A DNA stretch of 64,000 bases from Malacoraja senta. Its lineage: Eukaryota. The notes under the pieces were generated by a model. That model saw nothing but the letters and a program-made list of their open reading frames with translations. It made no database searches and was not told the DNA's origin. Made by a program: the position numbers and the translations under genes. Of the stretch, positions 23,826-36,150 are shown in pieces. The stretch lies in the NCBI GenBank assembly GCA_038087875.1, contig CM075991.1:6884001-6948000 (forward strand), read 5' to 3'. The stretch's first letter is position 1. Each line of letters begins with the position of its first letter.

Positions 23826-24208
23826 GGGCGGCACAGTGGCGCGGCAGTCGATTTGCTGCCATACAGCACCTGAGACCTGGGTTCGATCCTGACTACGGGC
23901 GCTGTTTGTATATTCTCCCGTGTGGGTTTTCTCCAGGTGCACCGGTTTCCTCCCACACTCCAAAGATGTACAGGTTTGTAGGTTGAAGATAGACGCAAAA
24001 TGCTGGAGTAACTCAGCGGGACAGGCAGCATCTCTGGAGAGAAGGAATGGGTGACGTTTCGGGTCGAGACCCTTCCTCAGACTTAATTGGTCCAGTAAGT
24101 TGTAAAATTATCCCTAGTGTGTGTAGGTTAGTGTATGGGGTGATCTTTGGTTGGCACGGACTCGAAGGGCTGAAGGGCCTGTTTTCGCACTATATCTCTA
24201 AAGTCTAA
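23826..24208 (+). mobile_element. HE1-like SINE with nested minus-strand pLTR/hammerhead (~23984-24082)
   Basis: Full tRNA head, V core and tail; inner reverse CTGAGGA-A-GGGT(CTCG)ACCC-GAAAC-GTC intact core. Confidence 0.85.
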
Positions 24209-24464
24209 CAATCTGCTAAATGGGAGGTTTCCTTGACTGGAGTTACACTGGTCCAATCTCAGCAAAACAAGTCTGATGGAACAATGAGAACATCATTTCT
24301 TCACAACTGATTCATAAACATTCAGAGATCGCAGGCATGAGGAAATTTAGATATTCTGATGCATTTTTAAATTAGGTTTTATAACACTTACAATTTTCAC
24401 GTCAGTTCTAACCTGGATCAAGTTTGCTCCATGTCAAGAGCACTTGCACGCCAAAGGGCTAGAC

Positions 24465-24823
24465 CAGGGGTTCTCAACCAGGGGGGAATTTCCCCCAGGG
24501 GGGGATTTCAGGTTTTCAGGGGGGGGAATTGGGACCACAGATTAGCAAACTCAAACTGTTAGAATGTTGATCTTTTTATTGCCTTTGAGCTCCCCAGGGC
24601 AGCACAAAATTCAGTATGCATCGGTTAGCTGCTATAAAAATAATCCATGTAAAATTGTAAATGTATATGTACTAATATGGAAAAAATAAAGGATTTTCAG
24701 TATTATATGCATATTATTTGGAATGCACTTTTTGAGGCAGACAATCTTGGAAAGGAGGGGGGGGATGACATTCTGACATATGGTGAAAGGGGTGCATGGG
24801 GCAAACAAGGTTGAGAACCACTG
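24465..24823. mobile_element. hAT (Charlie-like) MITE
   Basis: TIRs CAGGGGTTCTCAACC / GGTTGAGAACCACTG; perfect 8-bp TSD ggctagac (24457-24464, 24824-24831). Confidence 0.9.
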
Positions 24824-25054
24824 GGCTAGACGATGGTCAATTGTAAAGTGGTCAAAGGATCCTTCAGGTCTGAGTGAAGAACTGAAGATTAAGACTCAAA
24901 GGAGAACAAAATCAACGACTAAAATGCAGCAAAACAATTCAAAGTTTGGAAATGGCCTTATGGTCAAACTGCTACATAAATGGCATTTTGTTTTATTTTG
25001 AGCCTCATGATAGGCATGAACCTACTGCGCAGGACCCACAAAAACCTCAAAACT

Positions 25055-25273
25055 ACAGCACCTACGACAGGAGAAGCCAAGCTACGTCAAGCAACGTCAA
25101 GCCCACAGTCGCCGAAAAGTTTTGAACATTTCGAAATCCAGCGGCGACCAGAAAAACATTACGACTCTTTAGGCGACTTGAGGAGACCACTCGCGACCAT
25201 ACAGGTGTCACCCCGCGACCATGTGGCGACAGCCCAGTCGCCGAAAAAAATCGCCTAAGTGGGACAGGGGCTT
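25055..25273. mobile_element. Right half of a Harbinger-like MITE
   Basis: Ends cagtcgccgaaaaaaatcgcctaagtgggacaggggctt, related to the TIRs at 14541 and 46612. Confidence 0.6.
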
Positions 25274-25549
25274 CACACCACATCCTACAAAAGTTACATG
25301 AGACAATGTACACGGATCACACTGCTGAGGTGAAACTTGTACTCTTCTGCCCAGGAAAGACTTTTATAAATGGGTACACTTTCTTTCCAATGATTAATAT
25401 GTTATTGGATTGGATAATCTTAGATTATGCCCAGACTCATTGCTCATAGTCCTTGCTCTTTATATTTACTTTTACCAGATGGGGAGGGTAGGATGAGTTG
25501 TCCTCCGTGAGCCCACTTTGGTTCCTAGCCTAGCAATAACTAATTTTAA

Positions 25550-25765
25550 AATACTCATCTTTATTTTCAAATGATATCTCGGTGGCCATATCCCTTCCTA
25601 ACTTTATAACCTCCTTCACCCCTACATTGCTAAGATACCTTCCAATTCCTGCTGCTATATGATCCTCATTTTTAATGGTTCCACCATCAGCTGCCAAGCT
25701 TTGGAATTCCCTTCCTAAACTTCTTTATGCCTCAACATCTCCCTCTCTCCTCCTTTAAGGTGCTG
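25550..25765 (+). mobile_element. L2-like LINE 3' remnant
   Basis: aacctccttcacccctaca...ccaccatcagctgccaagctttggaattcccttcctaaac...tcctttaag. Confidence 0.5.
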
Positions 25766-25791
25766 GTACTTTTAAGATAACTCAGTGATCT

Positions 25792-26305
25792 TTAGTTTAG
25801 TTCAGAGATGCAGCGTGAAAACAGGCTCTTCAGCCCACCGAGTCCATGCCGACCAGGATCCCCATACACTCGCACAATCCCATACACTTGGGACAATTTA
25901 CAATCTTTATCAAAGCCAATTAACCTATTTTGGAAGTAGGTTTGAAGAAGGGTTTCGGCCCGAAACATTGCCTATTTCCTTCGCTCCTTAGATGCTGCCT
26001 CACCCGCTGAGTTTCTCCAGCATTTTTGTCTACCTTCGATTTTCCAGCATCTGCAGTTCCTTCTTAAATATTATTATTTGTTTAATTTCTATTCAGTTTT
26101 CCCTCTACTGAGTCCCCTTGCCTCTTTTTTTCTTTTTTCTTAAACCTATTTTGGAATGTGGGAGGAAACCGGAGCACCCACGGAAAACCCACGAGCTCAC
26201 GGGGAGAACGTACAAACTCCGTACAGACAGAATCCGTAGTGAGGATCGAACTCGGGTCCCTGATGCTGGAAGGCAGCAACTCCATTGCTGCGACACCATG
26301 CCGCC
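25792..26305 (-). mobile_element. HE1-like SINE interrupted by pLTR/hammerhead insertion 25936-26142
   Basis: 14-bp TSD aacctattttggaa (25922-25935, 26143-26156); taggt-ttgaagaagggtttcggcccgaaacatt-gccta. Confidence 0.85.
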
Positions 26306-27569
26306 CCCTCTACATCTTTTTATGTGGTGGTCAAAAATGTGTTTCTTGTGAACGAGGGTGTTCCGCACTGTAAATGTAAATATAAGTCAGATTACTGCAA
26401 CACCACTGGTGTGTTTCTTACAGCTGAAATCAGAGTTCCTGGCATCTGTTCATAACCATGAAATGCTGTTCTCGCCTTCTTTGAGCAGCCCCTCTGACAG
26501 GTGGTGCCTTGCAGTACTTTTCGATTGTTTTCACAGCTCTGGCTTACTGTGGATGAGACGTGTCAGGTTCTGTGGCTTATGCTGCTCCCCTCTCGAATCG
26601 TTTGATGTACTTTTTTGCTTTGTTTCGGGGTTTGCATTGTGAGGTAATTTAGTGGAACTACGAAGGTAATTAATTTTTGTCTGAAATAGATGCACTCCAT
26701 ACCTTTAATGGGCAGTGAGAGAAGAAGGCAGAAGCGAAACATTTGTTTCTGCAATTATATTACAGAGTCGGCAACACCACAATGCAGATTTTCCTGTATT
26801 TTTCTCGAGTGAAGATTCAAGATTGCCCAAAGTCTTTTCAGTTAAAATGTTATAGAGTTGGTGCATATAATTCAGATTACTGTGATTGCATCAAACTCTC
26901 AGGTACACAATGACTATGACAAAATAGCATAGGCATGAATTAGTTTTAATTAGCGTAGTGCAGAGAACACATGGAAGAAATTAAGTGCTGAAAGCAACAA
27001 AAACGATGATAGGGGCACCTTATGATCACGCATTAGACATTTCTTCTCCCAGAAGAAGAAATATATGTTTAATATTGATACTTAGCCAAGATCTAAATTT
27101 TTAACTGATTTCTAACTTTTATACTGTCGTTTTCACATTCTCGTTCTCATTTTGCTTGAGCCTTCACATTTACCTTTTTGTTGCTGAACTAAGTGATCCA
27201 TACTGATTCTTTTTTACAGTCAGATTTACTCGAGTTCACCTTAAGTTCAACACTTTTCACAAAGAGTTTCTAAGGATTCTTCTTCACAGGTCACGGGTCA
27301 CAACAAAAGAGACTGTTGTGCGATGTGAGAGCTCATCTGATGACTTTGCCACTGGGGCGATCACTGGCTTGGTGTCTCTGGGGACTGAGGTTCAGAACAC
27401 AAGTGTAGCAGTCATTGCGTCATGCTTTCCCACAAGACTTCCCCTGCTTCCAACTTGTCCGGTGAAACCAATGGCTACCCATTGCTCACTGGATAAGAAA
27501 AAATACTTTTGTTTGATAGATCCAATTAGAACATGCTGTTCTAGGTATAATGAAATCCACAACATTGTA

Positions 27570-27985
27570 GGCTGTCTCCGTCCTCTGGCTTCACATTTCA
27601 CGCCTCTTCTCTCTTTATCTGCTTATCTCACAACCTATTGTCTTTTTATCTCTAGCCTTTATCAATCAAACATTCCCTCACCTGTATCCACCTATCTCTT
27701 GCCCGGCTTTGTCCTACACCCATCTCTTCCTGCTTTCTTCCCCGTATTACAACCAGTCCTAACCATCGCCTATTTATGTTCTCCTGAGATGTTGCATGAT
27801 CTGCTGAGTTATTCCAGCCATATGTGTCCTTTTGTGTAAACCGGCATCTGCATTTCCTTGTTTCTACTATAGCGTGATACTATATGCCACTTATTCATAT
27901 TCTCCAAAGATGCTGCCTGAACTGATGAATTACTCCAGCACTTTGTGTCTTTCTTAAAATAAACTAGCATCTGCAGTCCCTTGTT
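27570..27985 (+). mobile_element. Degraded Penelope pLTR remnants (two tandem tails)
   Basis: Pyrimidine-rich 3' region followed by two gatgctgc..ctgagttactccagc-like tails. Confidence 0.55.
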
Positions 27986-28310
27986 GGCCATCCATGTTTT
28001 AAGGCCCGTGTTGGCTGTTTGAACAAGCAATCCTGTTTGCTCTCATGTGCTTGCATTTTGGCAATAGCCATTTATATTTCTCATCCTGAATACCTATCCA
28101 CTTCATCTTTCACTATAGATTCAGCTTCCTTCATCATTCCAGATCCAGACATCACTTTATTATGGCTGTGGGAACAATATGACAGAAACACAACAATCCG
28201 AACACCAAACACAATTTATGAAGTTTAGAACACAAACCATTTTGGCAGAAACAGTGAATTGTGTGACTCAATTGAGGTGAAACCCGATGGACAACAAAAA
28301 AATGTTTAAG

Positions 28311-28514
28311 GTGTGTAGGTCAGAACTGCAGATGCTGGTTTATACCGAAGATGGACACAAAATGCTGGAGTAACTCAGCGGGATAGGCAGCATATCTGGA
28401 GGGAAGTAATGGGTGACGTTTCAAGTCGAGATCTTTTCGACCTGAAACGTCACCCATTCCTTCACTCCAGAGATGCTGCCTGTTTCGCTGAGCTACTCCA
28501 GCATTTTGTGTCTA
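28311..28514. mobile_element. Inverted pLTR hairpin insertion
   Basis: gacacaaaatgctggagtaactcagcg...gggtgacgtttc / gaaacgtcaccc...ctccagcattttgtgtc; approximate TSD aaaatgtttaag / aaattgttcaag. Confidence 0.8.
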
Positions 28515-28662
28515 AATTGTTCAAGCGATTGGATTTCCAGGCAGGTAGCCTGTGAAAAGAAAGGAACAATGCAGGATATTCGTGGAAGAATGGAATTAAT
28601 TTAATTTGGCTTTTTACACTTGTATCTTACCAAAAAGCCCACAAGGAAGACTGGAGAATACA

Positions 28663-28794
28663 AAAAGCTAGACACAAAAATCTGGAGTAACTCAGCGTGA
28701 CAGGCAGCATCTCTGGAGAAAAGGAATGGGTGACATTTCGGGTCGAGACCCCTGAAGAAGTTTAAACCAGCATCTGCAGTTCCTTCTTGCACAC
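28663..28794. mobile_element. pLTR insertion with inverted tail
   Basis: TSD ctggagaataca (28651-28662) / ctggaaaataca (28795-28806). Confidence 0.75.
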
Positions 28795-29477
28795 CTGGAA
28801 AATACAGACCTGCCTAAAAATAGAATAGCAGCTAGTTTGCAGTCCTTAGCTCCACAGCAAATACTTGAAAGCTTTTTTAATGAAGCTAGGACAGTTGGCA
28901 GATCTCATAGTTCAACAGACTTGAAGAACACACTCATCAGGGATTTAATTATTTGTGAAATCAGGGAATCCTGCTTGAACAACCATGCAACAGACTGTTC
29001 AAAATAATGCATTCAGGCGTGCAAAGCTGTGCAGGTACCCTAAGCTGGCGATGCTGGGTAGTCAACAAACGTGTGATGTAGTGTGAAACTAAAGTCTGCC
29101 AAGATCATTTAGACATGTTGAGGATAGTAATATATGTGACTGGCAAAGAAATTCATGTATGGAAATAAATGTGCACGATCTGGATTCAGCAATTAGTTCT
29201 TCAAACAGCACGTAATAAAATGGACATTTAAATTCCATGAAGGGGGTGAGGTGAGCCTTACAGTGTTAAATGTCGAGTCAAATTCAGTGCCCTAACCGAA
29301 CACAATGCTCCTGATGACAAATGACCTGAATTCGAGGGACGAAACACTCATTGGATGTATCTAAACCCGGGATGTTCTTTTTACCCAGTTGTGTTTTGCA
29401 CCAATGTATTTTTTCTTTGCTTAATCTTTTCTTTCTTGCAGATATTTTTGTGTAATTTCTGTACAATTTATGATTAA

Positions 29478-30675
29478 GAGTCATAGAATCATACATTCAT
29501 AGAGCACAGAAACAGGTTCTCCGGCCCAAATTGCCCACATTGACCAAGATGCCCAACTACGCTCGTCCTACATGTCTGCATTTGGCCCATATTCCTCTCA
29601 ACCTTTCCTATCCGTGTATCTTTTAAATGTTGTCTTAGTATCTGCCTCAACCATCTCCTCTTGCAGCTCCTTCCATATACCCACCAGACTCTGTGTCAAA
29701 AATTGCCCCTAAGGCTCCTAATAAATCTTTCCCCGCATACCTTAAACCTATGTCCTCTGGTTCTTGATTCCCCAACTCTGGGTAAAAGACTGTGCATTCA
29801 CCTCATCTATTCCCCTCTTGATCTTATATATCTCTATAAGATCTCACCTAACCACTCCTCAGCCTCCTCCCATTAAGGAATAAAGTCATGGCCTGCCCAA
29901 CCTCAGGGCCTCAAGTTCTAGAAAAATCCTCATAAATCTCTGCACCCTTTCCAGTTTAACAACATCCTTCCTGTAGCATGGTGACCAAAACTGAACAATA
30001 AGTACAGCCTTACCGATGTCTTCTAGAACTGTAACATAACCCTGAATGCTGAAGGTCTATGTATTGAATGCTTATTTTGACCACCCAATCTACCTATGAT
30101 ACCATTTTTAGGGAATTATGTACCTGCACTCCGAGATCCCCAAGCTCTACAAAACTCCCCAGGGCCCTGTCATTCACTGTGAAGGTTCTGACCTTGTTTG
30201 ACCTCCCAAAATGAAACATCTTGCAATTATCTGCATTAAACTCCATCAACCATTCTTCTGCCCACTTACCCTGCTGATCAAGATTTTGCTGTAATTTTTT
30301 ATAACCATCTTCGCTGCCTATAATGCCACCCACTTTAGTATTGTCCACAATGTTACTGATCATGCCTGATATATTCTTATCCAAACTGCTGATATAAACC
30401 ACAAACAGTAATGGGCCCAGCACCAATGTCTGAGGCACCCCACTAGTCACAGGCCTCCAGCCCGAAAAACAACCTTCCACCATCACTCTCTGCTTCCTCC
30501 CATGAAGCCAACTTGTTATCCAGTTAGCTAGCTCTCCCTGAATCCCATACGATCTAACCTTCCAGAGCAGACTACAATGCGGAACCTCATCTGAAGTCCA
30601 TGTAGACAACGTCTAGCGCTTTGCCCTCATCAACCTTTCTGGTTACTTCTTTAACAAAACTCAATCAAATTCGTA
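29478..30675 (-). mobile_element. CR1 LINE 3' portion (degenerate RT)
   Basis: ORF 30094-30609: VPH..LL.KVRSYGIQGELANWI.SWL.GRKQRV.VEG.FS.WRPVTSGVPQ..VLGPLLF; (catagag)n tail. Duplicated at 59103-60300. Confidence 0.9.
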
Positions 30676-30986
30676 AGACGTGTGTGTTTGTCTGAGTCTA
30701 GCTGCCTGTGATGCTGCTGCAAGCAAGATGTTTCATTGCACGTACCTCAGTGTACTTGTGCATATAGCAATAAACTTGTCTTGATATTAGTGCAAAGACA
30801 AGTAGTGACACTTCAACCTGACATATGAACAGTCATAGTCATTGAATCATACAGCATGGAAACAGGCTCATTGGCACAACTAAACTATTCTGACCAAGAT
30901 GCCCATCTACGCTAGTCCCATTTGCCCATGTTTGACCCATATTCTTCTAAACATTTCCTATCCATGTACCGAACCAAATGTCTTTT

Positions 30987-31217
30987 AATAAACAGCAAAA
31001 GGCTGGAGTAACTCAGCGGGACAGGCAGCATCTCTGGAGCGAAGGAATAGGTGATGTTTCGGGTCGAGACCCTTCTTCAGACGGGTATCTGAAGAGGGGT
31101 CTCGACCCAAAACGTCACCCATTCCCTCTCTCCAGAGATGCTGCCTGTCCCGCTGAGTTACTCCAGCTTTTTGTGTCTATCTTCGGTTTAAACCAGCATC
31201 TGCAGTTGCTTCTTACA
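30987..31217. mobile_element. Head-to-head inverted pLTR pair with two hammerhead cores
   Basis: ...tttcgggtcgagacccttcttcag acgggtat ctgaagaggggtctcgacccaaaacgtc...; TSD caaatgtctttt / caaatgtttttt; inserted in a CR1 tail (30835-30990). Confidence 0.85.
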
Positions 31218-31664
31218 CAAATGTTTTTTTATGTTGCATTGTGCAACATCCCCCCCAGCAAGCCATTAGTCTCAAGGCATTGCAGTAGAAACCGAGAGTC
31301 ATGTTCCGGTAAAAAAAAAAGACACAAAGTGCTGGAGTAACTCAATGGGTTAGGCAGCAACCCTGGAAAACATGGATAGGTGAGATCTTCTAGCGTTCTT
31401 CGACCCCAGTCCATCAACCCAAGTATTTGAAGAACGCTGAGATGACATTGTTATTTTGGATGTACTTTATTGTCTTTTTAAAGCAGAGATGTATCATATG
31501 TGATGTTGTATTGTAAAATGTAGTAACTGTAGCTCATGTTGCTGCAATTGCTTTAGTGTAGAACACACCTGCCTGTATGGAAGTAGGCTTCAGCAAAGAT
31601 GCCGTTCTTCACTCTGAACTTTCTTTTATTTAATGAAACACCCTTGTTGATGTTTTGATGCGCT

Positions 31665-31972
31665 AGACTTTAGACTTTAAACTTAAGAGATACAGCACGG
31701 AAACAGGCCCTTCACCCACCGAGTCCACTCCGAACAGTTATCATCCTGTATCCTAGCACTATTCTACATACTAGGGACAATTTAGAATTTTACTGAACGC
31801 ATTCAACCTAGAAACCAGCACATCTTTGCAGTGTGGGGGGAAATCAGAACACCCGGAGAAAACCCACACGGTCACAGGAAGAACGTACAAGCTCCGTACA
31901 GACAACACTCGTAGTCAAGATCGAACCCGCGTCTCTGGCCCTGTAAGGCAGCAACTCTACTGCTGCGCCACT
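31665..31972 (-). mobile_element. HE1-like SINE
   Basis: (ctttaga)n tail, reverse V core and tRNA head. Confidence 0.85.
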
Positions 31973-33685
31973 AACAATTTTTCATGATCTTGCAGAGAGA
32001 TCCCGTGATATTGCTTAGTGGGGGTGGGCCTTCCATTTATAACCACTCCCCAGGCAGCAGTGTTGACCAATACCCCAATAAGATGGTGTAAGATTTGGTC
32101 AGTGTGGTACTCTTGCCCATGTTTGTGTTGTACCGAGTTAATGCCTCATGGAGACCCATGTTGTTACTACTTGAGAATGTACAGAAACATAATCCAATGC
32201 TGAAATTGATACTAGAGATGTACTGATGATCCAGACTCCGGGTGGGCTGTCAGAATTTGTCAGGACACATTAAGACAGAAAATTTGCAAAACTGCACTGT
32301 CTGGATTTGCATAACTGTGGATACATCTAAGGGATTAATGGAGTCTGGGTGACTTCTGTGCATTTTGTGTTGCTTAGCGTAACTGCGGAACTCCTTTGCC
32401 GTTTAGTGAAATCAGCGGGGTTTTCAGGGGGGGCGTTAATCACGAATTCTTTGCTTTGGAAAGAATCACAACCTGGGGCTACAGAAAGTCCTGTCAGGCC
32501 TGCTTATCTTCTTGAAAGACTGGGCCATTGTTCTGAGCCCCTGATAGCACAATGTAATGCCAATTACATCTGCCATTAAATGCTTACCTGTTCATACCTG
32601 TGCAGCTGGGAGGTCTGTACATTTTATTTCAGGTGACCCTTCTGTTAAACATGATAGAAAAATTAGAAACTTAAATGAAGAAGCAATCTTGCAGAAATAT
32701 GCCACAAAGGAAGTGTCTTAGCCTAATATCGACAAAAGTATTAAAATAAGCCAAAAACTAAAATGATTATAAAGAAAGTAGTAGCAAGGTGTTAATGTCT
32801 CTTTATTCAGAAACGTATCGTTCCAAGCAGACTATCGCATATATCACTCCAGCAAAATGAGTTACAGTATCAGTTATAATTACTGTTGACAGTAATATCA
32901 GTATCAGCAAAAACAATTACAGAATATATCACATTTTATGCAAAATTTCTTAATTTCAAATTCTATTTATTTTAAAGAGCTGGTGATAAAATAACCAGCA
33001 GTTTGATTGTGCAGTCTCTTCACCCACGGAGTTAAAAACATTTCTAACATGATAAAAATTTACAAAGTTTAACAGTTCTCAAAGATAAACACAAAGCTTT
33101 CCATCCCAACAACCACTACATTTAACAGATTATTTTTCCACCATATACAAGTACATAATTTATTGCCACAGGCGGCTGTGGAGGCCAAGTTATTGAGGTT
33201 TTTTTTAAAGCAGAGATTGATAGGTTATTGATCAGTAAGGGCATAAAAGGTTATGCGGAGAAGGCAGGATAATGAGGTTCAGAGCTAAAAATAGATCAGC
33301 CATGATCGAATGGCGGAGGAGACTTGAAGGGCCGAATGGCCTAATTCCGTCCCTATGTCATATGGTCTATATAGAAACAGAGGCGGAGAACTCTAATGGC
33401 ACATTTGTGTTCGGCCACAAAGTAAGATCATTGTTGATCATGTACCTCAATTCCACTTTACTGCACGATCCCCATAACTTTTGATTCCATTGAAGTCCAA
33501 TAATATGTCATTCGATGACTGATCATCCATGGCTTCTGGGATAGACAATTATATGCACACTAACTAAAAGAAAATGTTCCTCTTAGTTCCGAATGATTGT
33601 TCCTTTACTCTGGTCCTCAGGTTTTTCAGACTCTTTGTCAACTATGGACTAAGTTTCTAATTTTCTTCCCGTCATTGTTCTGGAC

Positions 33686-34890
33686 ATCGTTATATCTGGA
33701 CTTTCAGAAGGCTTTCAACAAGGTCCCACATAAGAGATTAGTATGCAAACTTAAAGCACACGGTATTGGGGGTTCAGTATTGATGTGGATAGAGAACTGG
33801 CTGGCAGACAGGAAGCAAAGAGTAGGAGTAAACGGGTCCTTTTCAGAATGGCAGGCAGTGACTAGTGGGGTACCGCAAGGCTCAGTGCTGGGACCCCAGC
33901 TATTTACAATATATATTAATGATCTGGATGAGGGAATTGAATGCAACATCTCCAAGTTTGCGGATGACACGAAGCTGGGGGGCAGTGTTAGCTGTGAGGA
34001 GGATGCTCGGAGGCTGCAAGGTGATTTGGATAGGTTGGGTGAGTGGGCAAATGCATGGCAGATGCAGTATAATGTGGATAAATGTGAGGTTATCCACTTT
34101 GGTGGCAAAAACAGGAAAGTAGACTATTATCTGAATGGTGGCCGATTAGGAAAAGGGGAGATGCAATGAGATCTGGGTGGCATGGTACACCAGTCATTGA
34201 AAGTAGGCATGCAGGTGCAGCAGGCAGTGAAGAAAGCGAATGGTATGTTATCATTCATAGCAAAAGGATTTGAGTATAAGAGCAGGGAGGTTCTATTGCA
34301 GTTGTACAGGGTCTTGGTGAGGCCACACCTGGAGTATTGCATACAGTTTTGGTCACCAAATCTGAGGAAAGAAATTCTTGCCATAGAGGGAGTACAGAGA
34401 AGGTTCACCAGACTGATTCCTGGGATGGCAGGACTTTCATATGAAGAAAGACTGGATAGACTCGGCTTGTACTCGCTGGAATTTAGAAGATTGAGGGGGG
34501 ATCTTATAGAAACTTACAAGATTCTTAAGGGGTTGGACATGCTAGATGCAGGAAGATTGTTCCCGATGTTGGGGAAGTCCAGAACAAGGGGTCACAGTTT
34601 AAGGATAAGGGGGAAGTCTTTTAGGACAGAGATGAGAAAATCATTTTTCACACAGAGAGTGGTGAATCTGTGGAATTCTCTGCCACATAAGGTAGTTGAG
34701 GCCAGTTCATTGCCTATATTTAAGAGGGAGTTAGATGTGGCCCTTGTGGCTAAAGGGATCAGGGGGTATGGAGAGAAGGCAGGTACAGGATACTGAGTTG
34801 GATGATCAGCCATGATCATATTGAATGGCGGTGCAGGCTCGAAGGGCCGAATGGCCTATTCCTGCACCTATTTTCTATGTTTCTATGTTT
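33686..34890 (+). mobile_element. Young 5'-truncated CR1 (HER1-like) LINE, RT C-terminal half
   Basis: YLDFQKAFNKVPH...GVPQGSVLGP...KFADD...; a single in-frame TGA at 34167 separates the two ORFs; (tttctatg)n tail. Confidence 0.95.
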
Positions 34891-35634
34891 CTTGCCTTCC
34901 GTTCCTTTCCCAAATTGTTATCCCAGTTATCTTTAATGATGTTAACTTTTTACATTTCATTATTGCCAATCTTTTGCAGTTCTAATTTTTCCCCTCTTGT
35001 CAGTCCCTACACCAGCCACAATGTCATTCTCACTGCTTCCTTACAGTCTTCCCCCACAGTTATTCCTGCAGAGAAGATGACCACTTCTTATCAACTTAAC
35101 TATGCAACGAAAACCTGGCGACATTATCTCTTTTTTGATTGGTACGGCTGTGGGGGTCAAGGAAAGAGCGTTAACGTCACGGCCCTGTTTCCACCAATCT
35201 TTCCACCACCACGCACAAGAAGCGACAAGACAGACACCATTGTATGCAGATGGCGAGAAGTGTTTTCAGCTCTGGCTGAACAACTAATCTTGTGTGTGCT
35301 GGATAAGAAGAGTACGGGTGTCAAAGGTTATGGGGAGAAGGCAGGAGAATGAGGTTAGGAGGGAGAGATAGATCAGCCATGATTGAATGGCAGAGTAGAC
35401 GTGATGTGCCGAATGGCGTAATTCTACTCCTATTCCTTATGATCCCCTAATGTATTGTCACTGCTATAAGCCGACAAGACAAATCCTAGCAGTTTAGGGC
35501 ATTCCAGAAACAGTGATGAGAGGTCGAATGCTGAGCCTCGACCAAATCGCCGACCATCCTTTGCCTCCATAGATTGGCTGGCTGAATTCCTCCAGCACCT
35601 TGTTTTTTGCTCCAGATTTCAATGACTGCTGACA

Positions 35635-36150
35635 GTCATAGAGTCAAATAGCAAACTACAGGCTCTTCGGCCCAATTTGCCCATGCCGACCAAGATACAC
35701 CATCTACACTAATCCCACCTCCCCACATTCGCCCCCCATATCCCTCTAAACCTTTCCCTATCCACGTACCTGTCCAAATGTCTTTTAAATGTTGTGAGAG
35801 TACCTGCCTCAACTACCTTTTCTGGCAGCTTGTTCCTATTAACTCTTCTCTGCACACTTTCCAGCTTAACAAGGTAACCAAAACTGAACACAATACTGCC
35901 AATGTGGTCTCACCAACATCTTGTACAACTTTAGCATATCCTCCCAAATTCTATACTCAGTACCCTGACTGATGAAGGCTTATGTACTGAAAAGCTTCTT
36001 GAACACCCTATCTACTTGTCACACCACTTTCAAGGAACTATGCACCTGCACTCCTAGATGCTTCTGCCCTACAACTCTCCCGAGGGCTCTGCCATTCGCT
36101 GTATATGTCCTGCCCCCATTTTACTTCCCAAAATCCAGCACCTCACACAT
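35635..36150 (-). mobile_element. CR1 3' fragments
   Basis: Reverse LPEKVVEAGTLTTFKRHLDRY; gtcatagagtca tail. Confidence 0.75.

Noticed and set aside
23826..23895. tRNA-like sequences with A/B boxes (here and at other SINE heads)
   Set aside because: They are SINE heads continuing into the V core, not tRNA genes
27290..27839. 173-aa plus-strand ORF preceded by ttcttcttcacag
   Set aside because: The 3' half runs through a degraded Penelope pLTR; the 5' half has no recognisable domain or clear donor
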